Source: Phoronis australis (lineage: Eukaryota > Animalia > Phoronida). From it: a stretch of DNA of 64,000 nucleotides. The stretch spans positions 95,358 to 159,357 of the forward strand of contig NMRA01000626.1 in assembly GCA_002633005.1 (NCBI GenBank). Reading direction: 5' to 3'. The stretch's first letter is position 1. Every line of letters begins with the position of its first letter. The translations under genes were made by a program, and so were the position numbers. The notes below the pieces were generated by a model, which had not been told where the DNA came from, ran no database searches, and saw nothing but the letters and a program-made list of their open reading frames with translations. Below are positions 12,566 to 25,441 of the stretch, piece after piece.

Positions 12566-12857
12566 CACTTCCTGCGGGACTTGGCCATCCGCAGTATGTA
12601 CTTCCTGCGGAACTCTGGTAACAAACTAAAGATTGCGGACACTGCATAGTTATTACCGAAGGTGTAGAGGATGCGGTGTTGCATTGTACGTAGTAGTATT
12701 CGTTGCTTTGCGGCGCCGAGTCGTCCCAGTGGCAATAATAACCGGAAGCTAATGTTGCGCAGTTGAATCCGTTTACAGCGTTAATCAGCGTCGGAACTTT
12801 AGCAGCACGGCCAGCAGCTTCAGCCAATACCACCAAGATGAGAATGAATTGTAACAT
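12566..12857 (-). CDS. Chitin deacetylase-like gene A, exon 1 of 3 (signal peptide plus 6-Cys module)
   Basis: MLQFILILVVLAEAAG is a hydrophobic signal, followed by C..GYYCHW..YYYVQC..CP..LVC..YC. Donor G/gtgagt is phase 1, matching exon 2. Confidence 0.88.
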
Positions 12858-14282
12858 TTTGCTAGAAATGAAACCCCACACGCAACTTATCAGTTTAACC
12901 ATTTTACCAAACAATAAGAAGCGGTAAGTTTAGCAAGGCATCCACTTCTAGAACATACGGAGACGAAAATTCAATGAGTTACAATACTTTTAAATACCAA
13001 AATGTTAATATTTAAGAAACGTCGGCAAACGACCTATGAGGATAATGGGAAAAGCCTTCAGTTTCCCGGTTGGGGTTTTTCAAAGGCGATTGGAAACAAT
13101 ATTTGCATTCTGTTTACTTGTAGTTCAACCGTGACGACATGATCAATTTTTTTCCGAATGGTGGTCACATTTGTGTCGCTGTGACAAATATAGAGGTGTC
13201 TTCACTGGCAGAAAGGATCTAATGCACGTTATTATAAAATCTATTGTAGATCTTACGTTATGAGTCACAGCCCGGTAAATGCGTTAGTCACGATGTTAAC
13301 ATGGATTTCCACGAGCACCTCCCCACATTCATCAAATTATTACGACTTGCTTGCATGAATTCTTCAGGTGAACAATGTCAACTAGTGTCAAACGTAAAGA
13401 TAGTTTTCATTGATCTTCAGAATAAAATTTAACTCAATCAATATCTCTGGTCAATATAGCCTGCATAATTTCATTTCTAGATCCCATGTTTCCAAAAGTA
13501 CACGTGTACTCCTTTCTCAGTTTCATGCCCAAACACAAACTGAGTTTGCACACCGGTCTTTATTTTATGGAATATCAAATTTGCAAAGCTGTTGTTTTCA
13601 GTTTGGTTTGCTAACCTCTTAGCTAGAAGGTTAAAACAAAGGGCATTATTGTTGACACAGTAGGAATGGTCGCCAGATTAACAAAACACGAAGTTCAATC
13701 TAATTAACATACAAAAAAGGTGGCAAGCTATTTTTGATTCTTTTTGTAGATTGGAATTGACGTATCCAGTGTTATTTGAGGCACATAACTAAGATGTCAA
13801 ATATAAAAATTGAAAACATCCCAAAAGAATATCTAGATGATTAAATTGTGGTGTAGAATCATGTTCTTACCTACTTGCGCCTTTTAATGAAGCAGTGAGT
13901 TAATGAGACACGTCGATCATTCTTATACAATCTATTCCACGTCATTCAAGCTATAAATTTTAATAAATGATCCATTTTACACTGATCTCAAGGAGCACTT
14001 GTTTGATATCAATTGTCAATGCAAGCTTACCTTTATGGGCGCAAGACGTGATTTATGGTAGGTGTGTCACTTTTTGTGTTATCTTTAAATGACTACAAAC
14101 TCAATAAAGGAGTGGTGTAGAATTGCCGATATGCTTGAAAAATATGATTCGTAGGAACGCATGTTATCGCACAAAGTGTAGGCTATAAACTTAAAATGTG
14201 TCCACTCTTGCTTCCGGTACTAAGTTAGTATTCCATGTAAGTTACAACAAAAATCTAACATCTACTAACAATGTCCTCGTTT

Positions 14283-14529
14283 TGCGAATTGACTATACCC
14301 AAGTGTATGTGTAACACGCCTCAAAAGGAAAAATAGTTTGACCTGCGAATTGACTATACCCAAGTGTACGTGTAACACGCCTCAAAAGGAAAAATAGCTT
14401 GACCTGCGAATTGACTATACCCAAGCGTATGTGTAACACGCCTCAAAAGGAAAAATAGCTTGACCTGCGAATTGACTATACCCAAGTGTATGTGTAACAC
14501 GCCTCAAAAGGAAAAATAGTTTGACCTGC
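14283..14529. repeat. 61-bp minisatellite, 4 copies
   Basis: Unit TGCGAATTGACTATACCCAAGTGTATGTGTAACACGCCTCAAAAGGAAAAATAGYTTGACC, arranged head to tail with no spacers. Confidence 0.95.
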
Positions 14530-17099
14530 ATTCTGACACATATCACTTTTCTTCAACGACTTTAATGCGCCTTCACCGCATTTTAGTTTCAGTTTGTCTT
14601 TTTGTGAAAGGTACGTTACCCAGAGAACCCTAATAATAAAAGTTTCAGTTTGTCTCAGCATAGACAGATATTGAAAATTCCAATGTGGCTACAGTATCCG
14701 AAAATACTTAATAAATACAATTTTATTCTTGATACCCTTTCGTTATATTCTTTTCGCCTTTTGTGCCACAAGCGCATTTTTATCTGTATTTGACCCTTCT
14801 CTGTGAGCAGATAATTACCGTCTGTCATCGGTTATTTCCGTACCCACATTTCAGGCTCGTCAGTTCAGGAACTTGTCCTGAACGCCGCCATTTTTTCCTT
14901 GTAACTGAATGCGATATCTCTTGTTCGAAAAGTCTTCAATATTTCGTTTTATTAGTAATATCATGTGATTCGTTTGTATATATAGTGTATTGCACGTAGT
15001 TAGTGGTCGTTATCTTTTCTTGGAATGTTACGCGTACTTTTGTTTATTATGGTAAAATAGCATTGGTGTTTAGTTCTTGTTATGTAGGGCGGTCGAACCA
15101 GATTTTTTTTTCGTTTTGATTTTTTTTCGTTTTGAAAAAGTGCTTTACTATTATAGGAAAGATAATGCATTCTACTCAGTAAAAATCGAAAAAGTATCAA
15201 AATCGGGACAAGCAGTGCAAAGTTACTGCAATTTTTGTGGCGCAATTTGGGTCACTTTGTTTGGATCGGGTCGGCCATCTTGGACGGCAGCGGGATAAGT
15301 TACGAACTTAAAACATTGTGTAATTTGTTTTCGCCAACAATTTAAGATGAAATTTAGTGAGACATATCTTTACTTACTATTCTTCACGATTCAACAATTT
15401 TCACCAAATTTCAGCCTCACAGTTGTTACTTATTAAGTGATAAATATGCTGACAATTCCTGGCGGCAACGACAGCATGACGCCTTTTGCTGAAGTGAAAG
15501 CCATTTTCAACCGGTTACTTTGTAATTTATGAAGATTTAACGTTGATACATTTTGACAAAACTTGCTACAAAAAAGGAACTTTGCTCAATTTTCGTGTTT
15601 TTGTGCAAAAATATAAAGTATATTCAAATTATTCTGTTCAAGGCTTGATTAGGTGTCATAAAATGATTCATATTTTTCTAAATTTTAAGTCTAAATTGCT
15701 TTGAATTCATATATTGTAACTTGTTGGTTTCTTAATTCAGGTTATCAAGTCAACAATAGGAAGAATCTTAGTTGGAGAATTAGGCTATGTTGGATTGCGA
15801 AGCTTCAATCCTTCAACTCTTGTTCCTTGCAACTTCATATTTTTTAAATCATGCTTGTCAAATTCTGGTGTAAAGAAACACTATTCGGTCTCCATGGTAA
15901 TAGTTACACTCATGTCCACTTTCATATCACGAAAACGTGTGCTGTTGGATAGTGTTTGTAATACATAAATGTTCTAAAGTACTGTGCATTATAAGTTGCT
16001 TTTTATGGTAAAAGGTTGAATCATTTTGGCTTACATAGCGTTCCTATTCTGAGATTATTTCAGTTTTGACTGATGTACAATAGATATAAATGTTAACAAC
16101 CTCGAAAGTCTTTAAGTAGTAATACACTTTATTCAAGTTAAGACAAAAATAAAATTAATACAAATTAGTGCTTATGGAGACTCTGTGAAGGAACTGCAGC
16201 CCGGCAAATATAGAGTTCCAACTGAAAGCACTAAGTCTTGATTTTGATTTGAACTGTGGAATACCTAAATGATTAAATCATAATTGTCTTCAGATTTTTT
16301 CTTTCATTTCAACGATTGAGTGACTAAAGCATGACATAATTAGCTTGTCATAAATAATATGTTCACTAGTATCTTCAGGCAGCATTTCTTGATGCCTTGT
16401 GTTTACTATTATTTCACTAGATTAATACATAAATTTAAAAAACATCATACAGTTGAAAACCAATTTCACTGGAAGTTTTCCATTTCATGGGTTCTTGCAA
16501 TTCTGTCATTGAGATTGCCACCTCCACTCAAATTACAATTATCGATGTGGTTCAGTTGTAAGGTCACTTCCTTCGTACTCACTGCTTAATAAATAAAAAT
16601 GATAACATTGTGTATTGGACTTGTCATACTTATGTGCTCGAACGAGCCCCCTATTAGGAGAAATGGAAAAAGGTCTGCCTCAGTCAGAGAAGCAAGAATT
16701 CCGAAAAAAGTAGAAAACGAGATAAAAGTCCACTAGAAGGCAGGAAGTACCAAAATTTGGCGTCTGTAATTCATAGCTCTGAACATACCCAGTGAATCTT
16801 TTAGTAAAAGGTACACATTCTCAAAAAATCGAGCCCCCCATTTTTAGCCTTGGTGCGCTCATGTTCTTGAAAGCCAACAACTTTGCACAGTTCGCCAGAA
16901 GGTCCCAAGTTCTAAATAAACATCGTTTGAGCGAGCGCTGTGGAAAGGAACAAGGTAGGCCAAAGGGTAGCCTTGGCGCAAAGCTGTATACTAACGAGCT
17001 GTATTTTGACGACAGTTTTCATACTGCTAGCGGGCAGGCTAGCTAACCTAGTACATGTAAGGGCTGGCGCTGCAGTGTGACACAGGACCATAACCAGTC

Positions 17100-17647
17100 C
17101 GTAATTTTAGGCAAGTGTCTGAAACTACCTTCGTATGTATTACGGCATTTATGATTTGAACCTTTTTCTTCGACAAAAAGAACTTGCAACCGCATGCCTT
17201 TACCGTTGGCCAGTGTCTGTTGTCGGTCCGCACCGGGTCCGATCGGCTTCGGGCCCGAGTCCGGCAAAACAATTTCTGTGAAATTTATTCGCCACATTTC
17301 GTCAACAATTTCGATACAATTGTCCGTATTTTGATTTTGATTTTATTAACGTTAAGGCGCGCTGTCGATTATTTTAACCCCGTTTGCAGGCTGGTAACAG
17401 ACACTGCTCCAGTCGAACAGACGGCGTATACTAAGCATGGGTTCCTGAATGAAATGTACTTCCGGCTTCGCGGTAAGTTCAAAATGGCGGTGTGTTCTCC
17501 AGGTCCGAATCGTGAGTGGCGCGTTTATTTCAACTTTATTTAATTACAGATTGTGCTTTAGTTATGGGGTAGGTACTTCTTGGATCCTTATAACATCTTC
17601 TAACCATGTGATAAGGGTTAGGCCTACCAACGTGTGCTTCTTGGACT
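17100..17647 (+). mobile_element. Terminal part of the second Kolobok-like element (copy b)
   Basis: Direct homologue of 5160-5700. It ends GGACT followed by TTAA (17648-17651). Confidence 0.6.
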
Positions 17648-18756
17648 TTAACACATTACGTCAATGACAGATTCGAGCGACAAAACCTTCACCTAGTCCC
17701 TGAAAATCTGATAGCCTAAGGTTTTCTAAATCCCAAACGATTACTCTTAATGTTGTTTCAATACATTTATTGCCAACATCTCCAAAGAGTTGTACAACCT
17801 AAGCCAAAAAATAAACACACACCACGCTCTCACTTTAGTTTCCGACAACATGGGTAAAATTTCGGATCGTCTATCTCCAAATCTATCAAGTGAAGATGTC
17901 CGAAATTTCCAAAAATGTATTTATCTACTGTTTGCCTTCAGTTGAGGAAACTGTAGATTTTTATGATGAACCCTTGGAGAACATTTAAATTTTGTCCCAG
18001 TTGAAAGTCGTGTCTGTTCAACTTGCTTCAGTCATCTCAAAATATATATCAGAAACACAACTTAGGTGCTTGGAGACTTGACAAAGTCTAATGAACACGC
18101 TTTCCGCTTTCAACATTGGCACGCACCCGTGACAGTCCATGTTTAAACAGTAAGTACACCGAATAGGTATATTCTTTCTTTAAAATGCTCCAACACAGCC
18201 TTCTGTCAACCCCCAGTAACTCAGAGCGCTCGTATTAGCCAATCAGGTTCACCATAAACAGATGAGTAGGTACAGGCTATTATATCATGGATTCTCACAG
18301 TAAGTAACAATACAAAAATAAAGTTGCCACTGGAGGGCTCAGCTGTACACGAATATATGCAACCATCGACAGGTTATACCAAATCCTCATTGGAAACACC
18401 TCGGGCATTTTCGTAGCCTAACGTTTGCCCTCGGGGGTGAATTTTATATCCATGTGTGAACTTAAGTCATACGACAAATCATGTGGAAAATGATTGGCCC
18501 CACATGCGCAGATAAGGTTCACCTCCGAGGTGTAATTTAAGGCTACGAAAATACCCGCAGTAATCCAGATAGCCAAGTCCTCAGTCATCCGGAACATCTC
18601 AGGTATTTTTGTATCCTCAAATGATACCTCGCATGCGCAAAACTTCGATCATAACAGCAAAGGGTTTTGGTCAAGAAACTGATTAAATCTTGATTTCAGC
18701 CAATCAAGCCTCAAAAGTGGTACGCGCAACGTCATTCTCAATCGGCAGTCTGCCTC

Positions 18757-21679
18757 CTGGTTCCCTGCGTACCGCTGGTGGTAGCCAGCACGCAGGTATC
18801 ACTTAATTTTAAACGGGATTTTTTTTACACCGGCGTGTGATTGGCTGGTCGAATTCTCAACAGGAGGCGCTTTACGCAAACAAACTGACATGACTAATGG
18901 AACAAGTGTAAATGTGGTCTGTTTGTACAGACAAATCAGTGCTTAAAATTTATGCTCAGGAAACGTGAATCCCAGAAATTGCGGTTGCGTTGCGCCTTTT
19001 CGAAGTGCATTTTTCAACTGTCGAGGACTTTTGTTTACGATACCAGTGGCGGATTTACGGGGGGTTCAGGGAGTTTAAACCCCCTTGGGCCAGGACCCAA
19101 ACATAAAAAAACGTCTCCAGCAAAACAAAAACGGCACCGCTAGCGTGTATAAGCCCCAAGTAAACCAACTTGGAAAAACTTGAGGGGGGGGGTTCACTCT
19201 GAAAATATAATTTTTTGCATTGTGAATTGCTAAGTCTTCGTGGCTCATCGGCAAAACGCACGGAGATCAATTGTGCGCGCGCTTCCGTCGACACTTCTGA
19301 AGTAGCCAAGCATTTTAGATGGATCCACCGCTGAAAGAGCAGTTCTATAGCTGATTTCTTTAGGTAACTAGCTTCTTTACTCTAAGATCTGCTTTGATTT
19401 GATTAGGTTAAATACTTTGGTGCCGCAACCCTGATATTCAGGCGAATTGACGTGCAACGTTCTTACCTCATCTGTCATGCCGCGTCATTGTATTACACTC
19501 CAAACGTTTGTAACTGATGTATAGTAAAGTAGTCTTGCGTAATATCATGCAGTGTACATGTACATGTAATATTTTTGAAAAAAAATCTCTTTCCGAAGAA
19601 TTGCTATTGTGGCGGGCGCCGTGTCTGGTCGCGAGTCCATTTGAAGATACACTCTAACAAGTTATGTCTATTCAAGGAATGGCCAAGGGGGGACTCACAT
19701 TGACAAAGTGACCGCAGTTGCAAGCAGTATACAGTACCAGAAATTGCGGAGAGGCTGTTCTTTCACAACAAAGTCTTGCGGGACTCGTGCGATGTTCAAT
19801 AGGCCTCCTAAGGAGCCCTAGTTCCGACCTCAACACCTACCGTCTTTCTACCTGCAATAAACACACTGCCGTCTTCTGTACTGGGAATTTCCGTAGAAAG
19901 GCCCACCCGATGAAACGTTCATGCCCATGGTCATTTATTTGATGTTAGTACTTCGGGTTTCAAGCGTTCAGACATTGGGACGTTTATTTCGAAAATTGCA
20001 AGAGATGCAAATAGGTCCTGAGATACATCGTCAAGGTTTGAAGTAGTCCATGATGAATGGATCAAATTTAGTTGCGCATGTAAGTCTTTTGAATGAACTT
20101 GGCAACCTCAAGGGTCTTAGTGCCAACTGAGCTGCGAAGCGAGATGCTGACATTGTAGAGGCTTTCAAGCTCATTGACACAGCAGTTGACGAAGTGCAAG
20201 CGTTGGGAACAAACATCGAAGATATCTGGGTAGAATGGTTCCAAGACGAGGAAACCATTGGATCCGATATATAGATTCCTCGGCAGTCTTGACAACAGAA
20301 GAAGGATAGAACTAACGTATGAGTAACCACTGGGGATTAAAAAGTGTCTAGATGGTTTTCAATTCAAAATTTTTTGCATAGTACACTTTAGGTCTCTCGA
20401 CGGACCAGGCCAGCTTGACTTGTGTAGATGTTGAGTTCCAGTGTACTTCTGGTCCCTCGGCGAACTAGTCTTGTGAGTTATTTTATCAAAGTGTGCTTTG
20501 TAAAACTTTTTTATCTCAGCCAGTATTGTTTGGTCCCGTGACAGATTGACTATTTTTATAGGGATGATAAGCACAGGTGTACTCTTGGTCTAGTGACGGC
20601 CCAGGTCAGCCTTTTTGTGTACTCTCAGTGTACATCTGGTCACTGTGCAAACTAGTTCAGTATGTAATTTCACCACTGTGCACAGGATGTTTTGGTTTCG
20701 TGAAACTGTTTTCAGATGATTTGTTTCCTGAAACATTTGACGTTTTTCAATTGTTGTCAACGTGATTCAACTTAATAAAGTGATACTTAATTATTTATTG
20801 TCACTTTTATTGATAGACTATGAGCTGAGAGCACCATCGTTCGCCAGTTTTTCTCGTAACGAGACAGAACACATGCTTATTTCCGGACTAACAGTACAGG
20901 TCTTTGTTCTTAAACAACTTGAGGCTGCTGTTACGCGATCATCTGATATTCAAGTTTTTACGCCCCGTCAGTGCTCCTTATGCTCTTGAAGTTGTCTAAA
21001 CCCCTGTATACACACCACACTTTTTCGTATACGACTTTTCGTATGCTAAAAAGGTGTGTGTAAGCAGATGTTCCAACAAAAAATTTTGCTGGTGGCGTGA
21101 CTCATACCCAGATGTGCACAATATGGTTTTCACGAAACTTATGAGCCAAGTTTATGTGACGAAATCGAGAAGGGTATTTAATTATCTTAAGAAAAACTCC
21201 AGAGACATCTTAAGTGCCAGAAACTTACCAGGATGCATGGAAATTTCACTATTTAGCTACAAAAACAAAAAATGTCTTACACAAGAAGGGGTCCCCCCCG
21301 ACCTCCCCCGCTCGGCGCCTCGCACCTAAGATTCGACCTTTGCGGGAATCCTAAACCTCCCCCTTACTGAAAACGTAATCAGCCACTGGATACTGTCCTG
21401 TATTCATACAATATGAATAAGATACCGGTTAAATCGGCCAGACATGTGATTATTGTTCATGTACATGTATGTGCTTCAAGCACGCGGCTACAAGACATTA
21501 TTGCAGAAACAAAATAGATGCTACGCCACTTGCATGACAAGGCTAAAAATCATTCATAGCCCGTCATTTTCTCCCGTTGTTGTAAAACTAACCAATGACT
21601 GCCGAGGTTACATCAACCATTGCTAAGGCGCGTGCTGCTGTGTGATACCTGCGTGCTGGCTAGGCACGTAGGGAACCAG
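18757..21679. mobile_element. Small inverted-repeat element (TAG..CTA inner termini, Academ-like) split by a nested insertion
   Basis: CTGGTTCCCTGCGTACC..TAGCCAGCACGCAGGTATCAC at the left is the inverted match of GTGATACCTGCGTGCTGGCTA.GGCACGTAGGGAACCAG at the right. A collapsed version lies at 39364-39429. Confidence 0.6.
19044..21388 (-). mobile_element. hAT-like element (CAGTGGCGGATTT..GCCACTG) with a 5-bp TSD and probable decayed transposase
   Basis: TSD GATAC at 19039-19043 and 21389-21393. Minus-strand fragments include ELESL..TLEVAKFIQK, DLFASLAIF and a frameshifted TMG/HERFIGWAFL, which resembles the hAT dimerisation motif STM..ERL.GLALL. Confidence 0.7.
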
Positions 21680-21845
21680 CGAGAGTTGTATAAAAGTTAT
21701 ACGCCGTATAGCAACAATGACGTCGCATTATCACGCGCCACGTTGTTATTGCTGAACAATGCACCTGACTTCATGTAACAATCAAACTTATAAACCGGAT
21801 GATTTTGAAGTTTTATGCAACCCAGCCATGATGTATTGTGAACTC

Positions 21846-22281
21846 TTGTTTAAGCCTATCACTAACGGCGTATCTCCGAGTCGGCGCTTTCCGCGACAGC
21901 ATTTTGCCACATGACTGCTCATAAACGAACCTACGGTTTCGACTTGAGAGTACGCAGCGTGTACGCTCTGGCATCGTAGAGTATAGTCCGATTACCTCTC
22001 GTCGTCAGTCTCCAAAGGTCGTCCGCCATCTTGTTTCGCGTGCAGCGCTGCCACGCGGGACTTAGCGTTCCAATTTGGAACGCTCGTCTGCACGTTAGGT
22101 ACTAACCTCTCGGGAGAAACACGCGTGGAAGAACTGAGACTANTTGTTTAAGCCTATCACTAACGGCGTATCTCCGAGTCGGCGCTTTCCGCGACAGCAT
22201 TTTGCCACATGACTGCTCATAAACGAACCTACGGTTTCGACTTGAGAGTACGCAGCGTGTACGCTCTGGCATCGTAGAGTA
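21846..22281. repeat. Identical 138-bp direct duplication (21846-21983 and 22144-22281) abutting an N
   Basis: The two copies match exactly by eye. The second copy starts immediately after the N at 22143. Confidence 0.9.
21984..22142. mobile_element. Short TAGTC..GACTA MITE (Academ-like)
   Basis: Termini TAGTC and GACTA with a GC-rich interior. The right flank is lost at the N. Confidence 0.45.
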
Positions 22282-22765
22282 CAGCATCGTCCCCAAACCT
22301 CATGGTGTCGCTGATCGGTTTAGCCATTTGAAACTTGGTTATGGCCCTTTTGCGCAATGATTGGCCTCTGCCTTGACGTCATTAAAACGAAGGCAGATTT
22401 TAATTATTTTCACAGGCGTTGTTGCTGCCATTCATGAAGCAGGAGGCATTGTTTTGGTTATTGTCTGAAATAAAGTTTGTTCTCGTACATATTTCCAATT
22501 CATTTTTATTAATAGAAATTAGAAATTAATCTGTTTTCGAATCAAAATACATCATGTTTTTGCAATAAAAGTGACCTAACTTGCTGCAATATACCGTTAG
22601 TTTTCATTTTTATATAAAACTTCAGGAAATTTCAAAATTATGTTACTCGTGATATTTCGGGCGATTTTCATAAAAATGTGTCAGAATTCTGTCATTTTCC
22701 ATAAGCAAAGCTCAAATGGCTAAACCGATCAGCGCCATCTTGCTTTAGGCTTGGGGACGAGGCTG
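22282..22765. mobile_element. MITE with CAGC(A/C)TCGTCCCCAA TIRs
   Basis: Left end CAGCATCGTCCCCAAACC and right end GGCTTGGGGACGAGGCTG. There is also an inner inverted repeat, GCTGATCGGTTTAGCCATTTGA. Confidence 0.7.
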
Positions 22766-24130
22766 GGCAGAGTATGGAAAGTGTTCAGGGTCACTTTGTG
22801 ACGAGCCATTAATGACACGCTCGACCTGTCAATGACGCGGTCGGCCAGTTGTCGAATACGTGTCGACGTTCTTAAAAGAACCAATCAGTGTTAAGGCTAA
22901 ACCAATCAGATCGTCACTATTTTCGTTGTTGGTCTATGTTCACGACTTAGAAGCAAGGGGTGTACGAATTATACTACACTCTTTGTTGGAAGTCCGCAAA
23001 TGTCATCCAAAACTTGTTCATTTTTTTGTGTCGTGTCATTTCCGAAGTCTGTTCGACACGGAAAAACGTTACTGACTTACGGTAATACAAAATTTATTGA
23101 CATTTTAGACGCTCTCCAAAACTGAGCACAGGTGGTTCTAAGGAAGAAAAGGGTTTGTGATAATGCTGAATATTTTGGGAATGACATAACAGCAACCAAA
23201 GTCCTTCAAAAATGTAATATTAACAGCCCTCACTCTCCCTCCACTTACTTGGGAAATGCTCGTGAATTGGTTTGTTTACTCTACCTAATTACATAATTGC
23301 ATTTTTTAAGATCGGGGACGAAACCGTGAACTCGTGTATTGAAGTTCGGACATGAGCACAAATGGAATAGCTTTGAGGTACAACTTGACAATACAAAAAT
23401 ACATGGAGAGTTCCAGATGCCCATAACATCATACAACCAACGAATTTTTAACGGAGATTTATGGATAGTACCGGGAACAAAATGAAAGTGCCATTGTGGG
23501 GCACGGTATTCAGATACATCTAAGTATAAGCAAGGGTCGCCTAATCCCTGATAAAAACTTGATATCTGCCAAAGTTAATGAAAGTTCATCAAGGAATCTG
23601 GCAGACGTTGACTGAGAAGAAGTCATACCAAATTAATATTGCCCTAAAGGGGCAGGGGGGATGGTCAAATCCATCCAAAAATTGACAACAGACATTTTGG
23701 CGAATCCCCAACAACTTCAGCAGATCGAAAGGCATTGGCAGTCGTCACAAACAAACAGCAAAGCAATAAAATTGTCATTAGGGGGCATACCACAAAACGA
23801 AACAGTCCAAAATTTGTCGATGCAGTCATATGGGCCAAATTTTGTCACAAGCCACTAATGAATGTGAACGGGGGCAAACACACAAAGGCAGATTTTAAGA
23901 CAATAAAATTGCCCCGGGGAAGTGTTAAGTCTGATGACGGTTAGTCGGCTTTTCCCTAACAGAAACGCATCTGCCAAGTTTCGTCAATGGAGGCAAATAT
24001 AATGCAATTACAATACCTAACCAACAAAACTGTCTTATAGATGAAAAATATGCTGGTTTTGGAACACGAATCTACTGGTAAAACGTCAATATTCCTATTC
24101 TAAGGGCGAATTAGTGCCATTTCAAAAACT

Positions 24131-24863
24131 TCAGCAGTTGACAGGAGCGAAACTGCCATTCTTCATGTCGGCATGGGTAGTCGGCGATTCCATCCACTGA
24201 ATGACTTGGTAAGAGGACAGCACCCAGACATTCCCAAGATGGAGAATTTCCTCCAAGAAGTCTTTCATAGCCAAAAAGTTATGATGATAGACTGGGTAAG
24301 TGAACCAAGCAAAATGCATATTCAGTCCAAACGGCGGTCTCGCCTTGTGGTTATAGTGACGGTAGAAGTTGTGGCGAAGGTAAGCCAGAGCTTGATTGTA
24401 GTTTTCCGGGCGACAAGCGTCAACCATGGACCAGGCAGTGGTGTCATGTTGACCTTTGCACCCCGTTAACGTGTTTAACGGAACTTCCCAGAGATTTGGA
24501 TATGCTTTTTGCGGACAACCCTTATCCTGAGTGCAGTTGTTAGTATCCGCCACAGCAGATGTTAGCTTGAACGGCCAGAGGGGTTCGCCCCTTGTCACCA
24601 TGGTGGCGTCGTAAGTAAAGCTATTTTCGTTCAGCATGTCGAACTGATTGCTTCCACCAAGAACCAAGAACGGTGTTCTCATTCCTCTAACATCAGTTGG
24701 ACTGACTCCCGCCTTTTGCTTCAAGATTGTCCGCATTCCTACAATCTCTGCTTTCCATTGTTCTTTTGTGGCCGACTCCCACCATGTAGTTGGCACACGA
24801 TGGGAAATGCTGTGGCTCGCCATCTCCATGTTGTACTTGTATAGTTGCTTCACTTTGGTAAAC
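24131..24863 (-). CDS. Chitin deacetylase-like gene B (CE4), exon 3 of 3
   Basis: Motifs EMASHSISH, GMRTPFL, SMVDAC and GLNMHFAWF. Acceptor catag, phase 2. Same 733-nt length as gene A exon 3. The spliced CDS of 274+232+733 = 1239 nt gives 412 aa plus stop. Confidence 0.93.
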
Positions 24864-25253
24864 CTATGATGGTAAAGTCTAAGTTAATGATGATGTGATG
24901 AGAGGAATGAATTTTGAGACTTTTGTAATTATAAATTTCGAAATGGTGTTTTCCGAATGCTGCGTTAAACCAAAGGAAATTAAACTAATTTGAATAGGAT
25001 CTTTCAAAGCTTTCGACACGCGATCAGATTGACGGAGCAACAGTTCTTTCTTTCGCTCAGCATTTCTAATTTTTCTCTCAAAAACAACAACGTTTGAAAT
25101 AAACTACTCACTAGTAATGCAATGATCTCACGATCAACTTCACGTTAACGTCAATGATTTCATTGCTTCAGAAGCTGAAGCAATGCGATATGGCTGTTGA
25201 TTGGTTGGCAACAGGCCCGTTGTCCTGTGAACGAACTCTAGAGCTAGATGGAA

Positions 25254-25441
25254 CATGCGCGCACCCGGGGCCTCAGAGAAACAAAAAGTCCGAGAAAATG
25301 AGACAAAAAGTCCAGTAAAAAGGCGCAAACGCACAATTCACAGCTCTGGACGTGGTACCCCGTATTTCGGCTTTTTTGTTGGTGAAAGTACACATCCTCG
25401 GAAATTGGAGCCCCCCATATTAAAGGCTGGGTGCGCGCATG
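25254..25441 (+). mobile_element. CATG-terminus MITE in intron 2 of gene B
   Basis: Runs CATGCGCGCACCC...GGGTGCGCGCATG with the 5-bp TSD TGGAA. Same family as 6222-6421. Confidence 0.85.

Noticed and set aside
14283-14529. Possible CRISPR or iteron array
   Set aside because: It is a simple head-to-tail 61-bp minisatellite without spacers.
19044-21388. RAG/Transib-like transposon, given the 5-bp TSD and CAGTG ends
   Set aside because: Transib/ProtoRAG TIRs start with CAC and resemble RSS heptamers. These start with CAG or CAT, and the weak protein remnant looks hAT-like.
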